NCBI GenBank assembly: GCA_040767085.1
Contig: JAXGPF010000012.1
Coordinates: forward strand, 96,001 to 160,000
DNA length: 64,000 bases
Direction of reading: 5' to 3'
Source of the DNA: Kiritimatiellia bacterium
Lineage (GTDB): Bacteria > Verrucomicrobiota > Kiritimatiellia > JAAZAB01
In this document: in pieces, positions 28,046 to 36,710 of the stretch
Layout: each line of letters begins with the position of its first letter
How positions within the stretch are numbered: the stretch's first letter is position 1
Position numbers and translations under genes: made by a program
The notes under the pieces: model-generated
The model's input: only the letters and a program-made list of their open reading frames with translations
Told to the model about the DNA's origin: nothing
Database searches by the model: none

Positions 28046-29109
28046 CTCTTGCTGGACTTCTTCGAAGGTGGTGTAGAAGAAGGTGGCGCAGACATTCCTG
28101 TCTGCGCTTCCCGGGCAGGCAGGAATGCCTGCCCCACCTTGTCTTCCGGCAGTCGCATCCAGTATTCGCTGTCCCGTAGCGAAGCCTTGACCGGGTTCTC
28201 CTGAACGTACCGAAGGAAGTGTCGATACTGCGATTCGCTCCGAACGATGTGGTCATAGGATTCGTCCATCCAGAAGGCATTGCCGGTTGTTCCCAGAATC
28301 GTGTTGGCCAACCGCGCGCTGGCGCCCTTCATGCCGTGTAGCAACCTGGAAAGATCGTGGCAGGGCAAGGTGGCGCAAGGGAGGGTGGCGCAGACATTCC
28401 TGTCTGCGCTTCCTGGGCAGGCAGGAATGCCTGCCCCACCTTGTGCGCCTGCCCCGCCTTGGTCCTTCTTTGCCGGCAACGGCTCAATCAGCGCATGCAC
28501 GTGGGTGGGCATAATTACCGCCGCATGGATCAACAGACGGTCGCCATCGAAGCGCAGCAGGCAACCGGCCACCGCTTCCCTGACATCTGCACGCGCCAGC
28601 GCCCGCGAACCCATGCCGGCGTCCAACCAGGCTTCCATCCGATCGCCGAAACGCTGGTCGTATTCCTTCCGCTGCCGCTCATCCCAAGGTTCGGGATTGA
28701 ACTTAATCCAGGCGGCGCGTTCATCTTTCCAGGCTTCCAGTTTGTCCTGCGGAATGGAATCTGCCAGTCGGAAGCAGACCCAGTAGATGGCTCCATTCAT
28801 GTGCCAGTGCGGCAACCGCCGCTCGGTGACCGCGATGGGCGTGGCAGAGGACGGCGAAACGAAGGAAGGTGGCGCAGACATTCCTGTCGGCGCTTTCCGG
28901 GCAGGCAGGAATGCCTGCCCCACCTTGATGTGGGGCTGATTGTTCATGCCAAATCCGGATTCTCCGTCAGCACGCTCTTGCTGGACTTCTTCGAAGGTGG
29001 TGCAGAAGAGGGTGGCGCAGACATTCCTGTCGGCGCTTCCCGGGCAGGCAGGAATGCCTGCCCCACCTTGTGCGCCTGCCCCACCTTTAAAATGCCGTTT
29101 TTGAACCAT
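28015..29109 (-). mobile_element. REP-associated tyrosine (Y1/HUH, IS200-like) transposase (RAYT/TnpA-REP)
   Basis: RRLPHW, Y.V.FRLADS, HUH motif MPTHVH, FW.DESYDHIVR, catalytic Y in YVQENPVKA; true start may be 28947. Confidence 0.88.
28082..29067. repeat. Four 57-nt REP doublets (28082-28138, 28384-28440, 28868-28924, 29011-29067)
   Basis: GGTGGCGCAGACATTCCTGTC.GCGCT..C.GGGCAGGCAGGAATGCCTGCCCCACC; each end is GTGG + a hairpin with TTCC loop. Confidence 0.92.
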
Positions 29110-29260
29110 GTCAAAATACGAGCGGAAATGTCAAGTTCGGATTGAAAATATCCGACATGTTTTCAATCAAACCGGCTATGGCTTTTTTTACGTCCATGCG
29201 CTAGATTATGCGGTATTGATGGTTTGCCGGCAAGCTTAAGCTGCGCGAAGGAGTTGTCAT

Positions 29261-31720
29261 ATGCCAAAAAACAAAACATTCACACAGGGCGGTTTCAAAT
29301 TCGATGCGCGCCAGGGAGCCTGGTCGCTGGCAGCGGGCGGCCCGCGCGCCGCTGCCCTGCAAAATGCCGGCTGCCGGCTGCAGGTGAACGGCCAGACTTA
29401 TGCGCTGTCGGACGCGGATGCGCTGGAAACTGCCGTGCGGGGCTCGATCCGGGACCGCCAGGGCCAATCTTGGCGGCTGGAGGTAGCCGCCGTGTTCCGC
29501 AAGCCGGGCTTCACCTGGCGGCTGCGTTTTGACGTTCCGGCGCAAGGGATGAATGTCCGCGTCAGTTCGGAGGTCCAAAACGATTCCGCATCGGCGCTGA
29601 TCCTTGGGGATTGCGACCTGTTGCGGATTGAGCGCGCCGCCGGCGGGGTGTTGCGGCTGGGGCCGCATCCCGAACAGCAAAGGATTTTTGCCTTCACCGG
29701 CGGCTTGGGCACCCAGCGCGTAAAAAACATCACGGCCGAAGCGGGCAGGCATCAGACATCTTTCCTGCTGCACCTGCATAACCCGGCCGCGCAAAACACC
29801 TTGCTGGCCGGCTTCGTGACGTTTGACCGGATGAAAACGCTGTTCACGTGCCGGTATGACGCGCGCCAGGCGGCCGTCGCCTGCACGGGCAGCTGCCGGT
29901 TTCAGGATTACGTGTTAAAGCCCGGCGCGGTTGTCCCGTCCGAGACTTTGCGGGTGGAACTGGCGGACGATCCCTATGCCGTCCTGACGCGCTGGGCCGA
30001 CGCCGTGGCCCGGCAGTACCGGCCGCGCATCTGGCGGAAGCCGCCGCCCGTGGGGTGGGTGGGCTGGGCCTGGGTGGACAAGCGGGCGGAAATCCCGGAA
30101 GTCCAGGTTGCCAAAAACCTGCGCGCCCTCAAGACCCGCCTGGCCGGCTTCGGCGTGGATTACCTGTGGATGAGCATCGTCAACCTGAAGGATGGTTTGC
30201 CCGGCAACTGGCTGGAATTCAACGAGCGGAATTTTCCGCACGGGTTCCGCAAGACGGTGGATAAAATCATCCGGGCCGGCATCAAGCCGGGGTTGTGGAC
30301 CGGGTTTTTCTATGTCAACGAGGCCGCCGATACGTTTGCCGAAAACCGCGCCAACCTTTACCGCGACCATGCCACCGGCCAACCCATTCCGCGCGGGCGC
30401 TGGCCTTGGGCTTACAAGGCCAAGGATGGCCGCGAGCCGCCCAATTACCAGCTCGATTGCAGCCATCCGCGGAGTCTGCAGTTTTTGCAGAAAGTATACG
30501 CGGCTTACCGGCAATGGGGCATCTGCTATTACATGCTCGACTTCCTCGATTCCGGTCCGGTCAAGGACAAACTCATGCACATGGATTACCATGATCAAAG
30601 CCTGATCCGCGGGCCGGGCATCCCGCGGCGGGGCATGCTGACCGTGCGCCGGACGGCCGGCGCCGGCACGCATCTGCTGACCGCCGCCGGCTCCACCATC
30701 GTGAATGTCGGCGCGATCGACACCATGCGCATCGGGATGGATTACGGCGAAGGCCGCCAGTTGCAGCCGCGGTTCCAGTCCTTCCCGGCCACTTACGTGA
30801 TCAATGGGTCCTACGGTTCCAGCGGATCGCCCCAGGACAATTGCCTGCAGAATACGGCGGCGTATTTCTTTACCCACCGGAAACTCTTCCTGAACGGGCA
30901 GAACATGCTGACCGTGGACCATCCCATTCCCCGCAACGAGGCGGAATTTTCCACAACGCTTTTCGGCATGACCGGCAGTCCGATCATGCTGGGCGATGCG
31001 CTGGACCGGATGGCGGACGACCGCCTGGCGCTGATCAAAAAAGTGCTGCCGCGCCCGCCGGACTGGCCGTTTCCGGCGGACCTTTTTAAGCGCGTTTATC
31101 CGGATGACTATGCCCGCGTGCTGGCCGTCCCGGTGCAAACGGAGTGGGGGAAATGGACGGTGGCGGCGGTCTTCAACCTGGACGAGCGCACGGCGGCGAC
31201 GGAGATAACTCTGGAAGAATTGCGCCTGCCTGGCGGCAAAAATTTCCGGGTGTGGGACTTCTGGCAGGATAAATACTGCGGATGCGTCAGCGGCACATTC
31301 CGCGTGGAAGTTCCGGCCAAATCCTGCCGGCTGCTCCGGTTGTCGGCCCTGGCGCCGCGGCCGGCGGTGTTGGGCACCGATATGCATGTGCGGCAGGGAC
31401 AGTTGGAGTTGCGGGACGTGGTCTGGGACCGGCGGGCAAAAGTGCTTTCCGGCACGGCGTTGCGGCCCAAGGGGGAAAAAGGCAATCTGTATATCGCGGC
31501 GCCGACAGGCTGGAAATTGGCGGATTACCGGGGGGTCTTTGTCGCCAAAGACGCTCGCGACAGCACGCTGGTCATCCGCCGGCCGCTGGATTTCCGGCGC
31601 GGCCGGGTGGCGTGGTCGGTGCCCTTTGAAACGCTGAATGCCGAGGAAAAATACTGGCAGCGGGAGCATGCGAAAAAGCGCTGCGAGAGTCAGATGAAGG
31701 AATGCCGGACGACGATCTGA
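29261..31720 (+). CDS. GH36/GH27-clan alpha-galactosidase-like glycoside hydrolase
   Basis: PVGW..W, NFPHG, GIKPGLW, LDCSHP, YYMLDF, MRIG.D; beta-sandwich C-terminus (AVFN, VWDFW). Confidence 0.75.
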   Translation: MPKNKTFTQGGFKFDARQGAWSLAAGGPRAAALQNAGCRLQVNGQTYALSDADALETAVRGSIRDRQGQSWRLEVAAVFRKPGFTWRLRFDVPAQGMNVRVSSEVQNDSASALILGDCDLLRIERAAGGVLRLGPHPEQQRIFAFTGGLGTQRVKNITAEAGRHQTSFLLHLHNPAAQNTLLAGFVTFDRMKTLFTCRYDARQAAVACTGSCRFQDYVLKPGAVVPSETLRVELADDPYAVLTRWADAVARQYRPRIWRKPPPVGWVGWAWVDKRAEIPEVQVAKNLRALKTRLAGFGVDYLWMSIVNLKDGLPGNWLEFNERNFPHGFRKTVDKIIRAGIKPGLWTGFFYVNEAADTFAENRANLYRDHATGQPIPRGRWPWAYKAKDGREPPNYQLDCSHPRSLQFLQKVYAAYRQWGICYYMLDFLDSGPVKDKLMHMDYHDQSLIRGPGIPRRGMLTVRRTAGAGTHLLTAAGSTIVNVGAIDTMRIGMDYGEGRQLQPRFQSFPATYVINGSYGSSGSPQDNCLQNTAAYFFTHRKLFLNGQNMLTVDHPIPRNEAEFSTTLFGMTGSPIMLGDALDRMADDRLALIKKVLPRPPDWPFPADLFKRVYPDDYARVLAVPVQTEWGKWTVAAVFNLDERTAATEITLEELRLPGGKNFRVWDFWQDKYCGCVSGTFRVEVPAKSCRLLRLSALAPRPAVLGTDMHVRQGQLELRDVVWDRRAKVLSGTALRPKGEKGNLYIAAPTGWKLADYRGVFVAKDARDSTLVIRRPLDFRRGRVAWSVPFETLNAEEKYWQREHAKKRCESQMKECRTTI

Positions 31721-31768
31721 CTGCCCGGGTGAAAATCAGCGGGCGCCGCTCTTCCATCATCAATCAGC

Positions 31769-32323
31769 ATGCATCCCGATCAGACAGCAAAATTCCCGGC
31801 CATGCCGGCTGCTTTAAAGAATGGGCGCTCTGTCAACCTGCGCCTGCTGCAGTCGGATGATGGCGCGCGGCTGGCAGCGCTGTATGCCGCCGTGCCGGCG
31901 GCGGACCGGCGTTTCTATTGCCCGCATCCGCTGGATTGCGCGCATGCCCTGGAAAATGCCGCGTTGGCCGGCGATCCCTGCCGGATCGTGCTGGCGGCGG
32001 TGACGCCGGCGGGCGAATTCGCCGGCTATGCCTGGGTGCGCTGGAAAGATGTCAACACCGCCACCGGCAATTTCGGCATCTGCGTCCGGCCGGATTACCA
32101 GGGTAGCGGCGCCGGCCGCGCCCTGATGGAGCGGCTGTTCGACATGGTGCGGGAAGCCGGTCCGCCGCGCGTCCGGCTGACGGTTCAAAAGGCCAACGCC
32201 CGGGCCGTGGCGCTCTATCAGAAGCTGGGATTCCGGCTTGTGGAGGAACGCCAGCGCCATGCCATACCAGCGCTGGGGCTGCCGGCTGAGCCGGAGTACG
32301 TCATGGAGCGCGCCAGCCGGTGA
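31769..32323 (+). CDS. GNAT family N-acetyltransferase
   Basis: GICVRPDYQGSGAG, LTV...N.RA..LY.KLGF. Confidence 0.88.
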   Translation: MHPDQTAKFPAMPAALKNGRSVNLRLLQSDDGARLAALYAAVPAADRRFYCPHPLDCAHALENAALAGDPCRIVLAAVTPAGEFAGYAWVRWKDVNTATGNFGICVRPDYQGSGAGRALMERLFDMVREAGPPRVRLTVQKANARAVALYQKLGFRLVEERQRHAIPALGLPAEPEYVMERASR

Positions 32324-32411
32324 TGGCTTTTGCCTTGCCCGCGGCGTTCTTCCGGTGTTACATTGTCCGTCAGCCGGGCGAGGGTGCCGGCCAAAACCTG
32401 GCGGAGGCGGG

Positions 32412-34022
32412 ATGCGCAACCAAATTGAAGAAAATGCCTTGTTTTTAGGCCTGGATGCCAGCACCCAGAGTTTGAAACTGCTGTTGATCAACCGGCGGTT
32501 GGAACCCGTGGCGGACGCCGCGGTTAACTTCGACGAGTCCCTGCCGGAATTCCAAACCGAGCATGGCGCGCACCAGCACGCGGATGGGCTCACCGTCACG
32601 GCCCCGCCGCTGATGTGGGCGGCGGCGCTGGAACTGGCCCTGGATAAATTGCGGCGGGCGGGAGCGCCATTGGACCGCGTGGCCGCCCTGTCGGGTTCCG
32701 GCCAGCAGCATGGCAGCGTCTGGCTGCGCCGGGGCGCCGGCGCGGTTTTGAATAATCTTGATCCTGCGCGGCCTTTGCGCGGACAAGTGGCGGAGATTTT
32801 CGCCCTGACGGAGTCGCCCATCTGGATGGACGCCAGCACCGCCGCCCAATGCGCCGCGCTGGAGCGCGCACTGGGCGGACCCCAGGCGCTGGCGGACTTG
32901 ACGGGATCGCGCGCTTATGCGCGTTTCACCGGCAACCAGATTGCCAAAATTCATGCCTTCAACCGCGCGGCGTACGAGGCTGCGGAACGGATTGCGCTGG
33001 TAAGTTCGTTCATGGCTTCCCTGCTGATTGGCGGATATGCGCCGATCGATTTCAGCGATGGCTCGGGAATGAACCTGCTGGATATCCGCGCCCGGCGCTG
33101 GGCGCCCGCGGCGCTGGCGGCCTGCGGCGATGCGCGCCTGGCGGAGATGCTGGGCGTGCCGGCGCCCGCGCATGCGCCGGCCGGCGTTTTGCATCCTTAT
33201 TTCGCGCAACGCTTCGGTTTCCGGCCGGATTGCCTTGTGATTAATTTTTCCGGCGACAATCCCTGCAGCCTCGCCGGCTTGCGCGTGCAGCAGCCCGGCG
33301 CCGTCGCCCTCAGCCTGGGCACCAGCGATACCTTGTTCGGTTCCACCGTCCGGCCGGCGCCCTCCGGCGCGGAAGGGCATGTGTTCGTCAGCCCGGTGGA
33401 TCCCGGCGCCTGGATGGTCATGCTGGTGCGCAAAAACGGTTCGCTCATGCGCGAGCATGTCCGGGACTTTTGCGCCGGCCGCTCCTGGGAGAAATTTAAC
33501 GCCTGCCTGCAAACCACCCCGCCCGGCAACCTGGGCCGGCTGGGATTTTATCACCTGTCCCCGGAAATTACCCCGCCTGCCGATCGTACGGGTGTTTTCC
33601 GGTTCGATGCGCAGGATCATCCTGTGCCGGCGTTGCCGCCCGCGGCGGATTGCCGGGGTGTGGTGGAAAGCCAGTTTTTGTGCTTGCGGGCGCACGCCGC
33701 CGCCATCGGATTGACGCCCGCCAGCCTGCTGGTCACCGGGGGGGCATCTGTCAATCGCCCGCTCGTGCAGGTCGCCGCCGATGTGTTCGGGACGCCCGTG
33801 CTGGCCGGCGCCCAGCCGGAGTCCGCGGCGCTGGGCGCCGCTTACCGCGCATTGCACGGCTGGCTGTGCCGGCAGCGCGGCGCATTTTTATCGTTTGACG
33901 AGGCCGTGCGCGGCGCGCCGGAATTTCAGGTCGTGGCGCGCCCGGATCCGGCGGCCGGCGCGGTTTACCGGGATTTGTTGCCGCGGTATATCAAGTTGGA
34001 AAAAAGTTTGTTCTCAACCTGA
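32412..34022 (+). CDS. Xylulokinase, eukaryote-like (XYLB/Xks1) branch of FGGY kinases
   Basis: LGLDASTQSLK, SGSGQQHGSV, SPIWMDAST, TGSRAYARFTGNQI, ERIALVSSFMASL, SDGSGMNL, GDNP.SL, SLGTSDT, TGGAS.N. Confidence 0.85.
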   Translation: MRNQIEENALFLGLDASTQSLKLLLINRRLEPVADAAVNFDESLPEFQTEHGAHQHADGLTVTAPPLMWAAALELALDKLRRAGAPLDRVAALSGSGQQHGSVWLRRGAGAVLNNLDPARPLRGQVAEIFALTESPIWMDASTAAQCAALERALGGPQALADLTGSRAYARFTGNQIAKIHAFNRAAYEAAERIALVSSFMASLLIGGYAPIDFSDGSGMNLLDIRARRWAPAALAACGDARLAEMLGVPAPAHAPAGVLHPYFAQRFGFRPDCLVINFSGDNPCSLAGLRVQQPGAVALSLGTSDTLFGSTVRPAPSGAEGHVFVSPVDPGAWMVMLVRKNGSLMREHVRDFCAGRSWEKFNACLQTTPPGNLGRLGFYHLSPEITPPADRTGVFRFDAQDHPVPALPPAADCRGVVESQFLCLRAHAAAIGLTPASLLVTGGASVNRPLVQVAADVFGTPVLAGAQPESAALGAAYRALHGWLCRQRGAFLSFDEAVRGAPEFQVVARPDPAAGAVYRDLLPRYIKLEKSLFST

Positions 34023-34031
34023 CAAGGATTG

Positions 34032-34354
34032 TTTACCACGGATGTCACGGGTAGCACGGATATGAGAGCTTCATATCGTCCATGTTATTAGTGTCATCAG
34101 TGGTTAAATCATCTGAATGGCAGAAAAAATTTACCACGGATGTCACGGGTAGCATGGATATGAAAGATTTATATCATCCGTGTTATTGGTGTTATCAGTG
34201 GTTAAATCATCTGAATGGCAGAAAAAATTTACCACGGATGTCACGGGTAGCACGGATATGAAAGATTTATATCATCCGTGTTATTGGTGTTATCCGTGGT
34301 TAAATCATCTGAATGGCAGAAAAATTTATTACGGATGTCACGGGTAGCACGGAT
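34032..34354 (+). repeat. Tandem array of three 98-bp hairpin units plus a fourth left arm
   Basis: Left arms start at 34035, 34133, 34231, 34328; right arms at 34078, 34176, 34274. Confidence 0.95.
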
Positions 34355-34726
34355 ATGAAAGATTTATTACACGAAACGTTGAGTGAGCACATTATCGGCG
34401 CAGCTATGACTGTATTGAATGAATTAAAGCCAGGGCTGGATGAAAAGCTCTATGAAAAAACTCTGGTCATAGAATTGTTGGAACTTGGACATTCGGTCAA
34501 TCAACAGAAGGTTTTCACGGTGGAGTATAAGGGGCGTGAAATTGGCAGGCTGATTCCCGACTTGATTGTTGACGACCTTGTCATCGCCGATACGAAAGTC
34601 GTGTCAGCGTTCAACGAAACACACTGGGCGCAAATGATAGGTTACTTGGCGTTGACGGGAATGCGGCTAGCCTTGCTGCTGAACTTTAAATACGCTAAAC
34701 TGCAGTGGAAGAGGGTGGTGAGATAA
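34355..34726 (+). CDS. GxxExxY protein (PD-(D/E)XK-like family, function unknown)
   Basis: IIGAAM.V..EL.PGLDEKLYE, YKG..IG...PDLIV, K.V, AQM.GYL, LLLNF; alternative in-frame ATG at 34313. Confidence 0.93.
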   Translation: MKDLLHETLSEHIIGAAMTVLNELKPGLDEKLYEKTLVIELLELGHSVNQQKVFTVEYKGREIGRLIPDLIVDDLVIADTKVVSAFNETHWAQMIGYLALTGMRLALLLNFKYAKLQWKRVVR

Positions 34727-34764
34727 TACAGCTATAGCGAGAATATGTTCAGGCTTTTTATGTC

Positions 34765-34867
34765 ATCCGTGTTATCGGCGTCATCCGTGGTTAAAATATC
34801 TGAATAGCACCTTATAAAGAATATTTATATCATCCGTGTTATTAGTGTCATCCGTGGTTAAATCATC
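34765..34867 (+). repeat. Two right-arm copies of the 98-bp element downstream of the GxxExxY gene
   Basis: ATCCGTGTTATCGGCGTCATCCGTGGT (34765-34791) and ATCCGTGTTATTAGTGTCATCCGTGGT (34832-34858), each followed by the TAAA..ATC tail. Confidence 0.92.
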
Positions 34868-34917
34868 CGCCGGTTTTGCGTGGCGGAAGGAAATGGCGGA
34901 AAACAGACAGGGAAAAC

Positions 34918-35841
34918 ATGCAAATCGAAAAAATCAGCTTCAATGGCTGGCGTAATTGTATCCGGCTGCGCAATGCGGACATGGAACTGGTGATTACCAC
35001 CGATGTCGGGCCGCGCGTCATCCGCTGCGGCTTCATCGGCCAGCCTAACCTCTTCGCGGAAATTGCCGGCCAGCAGGGCGGCGCCGGCGAGCCGGAATGG
35101 AAAATCCGCGGCGGCCATCGCCTGTGGATCGCGCCGGAAGACAAGACTATTTCTTACGAACTGGACAATGTCCCGGTGTCCTGGCGGACGGTGGATGGCG
35201 CCGTGCTGCTCGACCAGCCCCCGGGGCCGGCCAGTAAAATCAGCAAGCATCTGGCGATCCGGTTGGACGATCGGCGGAACCAGGCGCGCGTCCGGCATAT
35301 CCTGCGCAACCGCGGGGACGCCCCGTGCCGGGCGGCGCCCTGGGCTTTGACCGTCATGCCGCCGGGCGCCCGGTTGATTGTTCCGTTGCCCCCTAAGGAA
35401 ACGCATGGCCGGGACAACCGCTTCGAGCCCAACCAGATCTGGAGCATCTGGCCCTGCACCGACCTGGCGGATGGCCGCTGGCAATTCGGTTCGCGCTACC
35501 TGTTCTTCCAGCAGCGGACGGACCGTGATGCCGGCAAGCTCGGCATGTCGCTGCGCGAAGGCTGGGTGGCCGGCCAGTTGCCGGGCGGCGTCTTTGTCAA
35601 GCGTTTCGACTGGCTGCCCGGCGCGGTTTATCCGGATGGCAATGTCAATTTTGAAACCTTCGCCAACCGCGAGATTCTGGAAATTGAAACCCTGGGGCCG
35701 CTGGTGGAATTGGCGCCGGGCGCCGAAGTCGTCCATGAGGAGACCTGGGAACTGCTGACGCCGCTGCCGCCATTGCAGACGGAGAAGGACGTGACCCGGC
35801 ATTTGCGGCCGTTGGTGGCGCAGTCCGCCACGAACGCTTAA
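34918..35841 (+). CDS. Conserved hypothetical protein (DUF4380/galactose mutarotase-like beta-sandwich)
   Basis: GPRVI, GGHRLW.APE, YPD, E.ETLGPL motifs. Confidence 0.6.
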   Translation: MQIEKISFNGWRNCIRLRNADMELVITTDVGPRVIRCGFIGQPNLFAEIAGQQGGAGEPEWKIRGGHRLWIAPEDKTISYELDNVPVSWRTVDGAVLLDQPPGPASKISKHLAIRLDDRRNQARVRHILRNRGDAPCRAAPWALTVMPPGARLIVPLPPKETHGRDNRFEPNQIWSIWPCTDLADGRWQFGSRYLFFQQRTDRDAGKLGMSLREGWVAGQLPGGVFVKRFDWLPGAVYPDGNVNFETFANREILEIETLGPLVELAPGAEVVHEETWELLTPLPPLQTEKDVTRHLRPLVAQSATNA

Positions 35842-35862
35842 CTTGCCGTTGAAAGGAACTGC

Positions 35863-36642
35863 ATGCCTGCCCGGATTTTAATTTGCAATGATGACGGAAT
35901 TTACGCTCCCGGCATCCAGGCGCTGTACGAGGCGGTCCGCGACCTGGGCGAGGTGACCGTGGTGGCCCCGGAAACCGAGCAAAGCGCCGTCGGCCACGCC
36001 ATTACCATCGCCAATCCGATCAAACTCCGGCCCGTTACCCGCAATGGCGGATTGCAGGGGTATGCCGTTGGCGGCACCCCGGCCGACTGCGTCAAGCTGG
36101 CGGTCAGCGAGTTGATGCCGGCCCGGCCGGACCTGGTGCTCAGCGGCATCAACCTGGGTCCGAATGTCGGCATCAGCGTTATCTATTCCGGGACAGTGTC
36201 GGGGGCGACGGAAGGCGCCATTCTCGGCATTCCCAGCATCGCGATTTCACTGGCCTCTTTTCAAAATCCCATTTGGGAGACCGCGGCCCGGGTGGCCCGG
36301 CAGATGGCGCGGCGCGTGCTGGAGCATGGGCTGCCGCCGGATACGCTGCTGAATGTTAATGTCCCCAACCAGCCGCTGGAGCAGATTCGGGGCTTCCGTG
36401 TAGCGCGCATGGGGCGTTCGCGCTTTGCGGAGGTGTTTCACCGCCGCGCCAATCCGCGGGGTGACATTTATTATTGGCTGGACGGCGAATTGGAAATGCT
36501 GGGTGATTTCCAGGGTACCGATGTGCAGGCCGTCGCGGAAAATTACGTGGCCTTGACGCCCATCTGGTTTGATTTGACCCGGACGGAGGCCCTGGACGGC
36601 CTGCGCCAATGGCATCTGCCCTGGCCCCCGCCCGCGGTCTGA
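35863..36642 (+). CDS. surE: 5'/3'-nucleotidase SurE
   Basis: NDDGI.APG, VVAP..EQSA, GTPADCV, SGIN.G.N, YSGTV. Confidence 0.96.
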   Translation: MPARILICNDDGIYAPGIQALYEAVRDLGEVTVVAPETEQSAVGHAITIANPIKLRPVTRNGGLQGYAVGGTPADCVKLAVSELMPARPDLVLSGINLGPNVGISVIYSGTVSGATEGAILGIPSIAISLASFQNPIWETAARVARQMARRVLEHGLPPDTLLNVNVPNQPLEQIRGFRVARMGRSRFAEVFHRRANPRGDIYYWLDGELEMLGDFQGTDVQAVAENYVALTPIWFDLTRTEALDGLRQWHLPWPPPAV

Positions 36643-36648
36643 GGCGAT

Positions 36649-36683
36649 TGCATGCGCGCCGGCCGCCGGCCGGCGCGCATGCA
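36649..36683. terminator. 16-bp GC stem-loop between convergent genes
   Basis: TGCATGCGCGCCGGCC-GCC-GGCCGGCGCGCATGCA; no U-tract. Confidence 0.5.
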
Positions 36684-36710
36684 CCTGTGAATTTGCCGAA
36701 TTGCGGACGA

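Noticed and set aside
34032-34354. CRISPR array
   Set aside because: Whole 98-bp units repeat; there are no unique spacers and no cas genes in the window.
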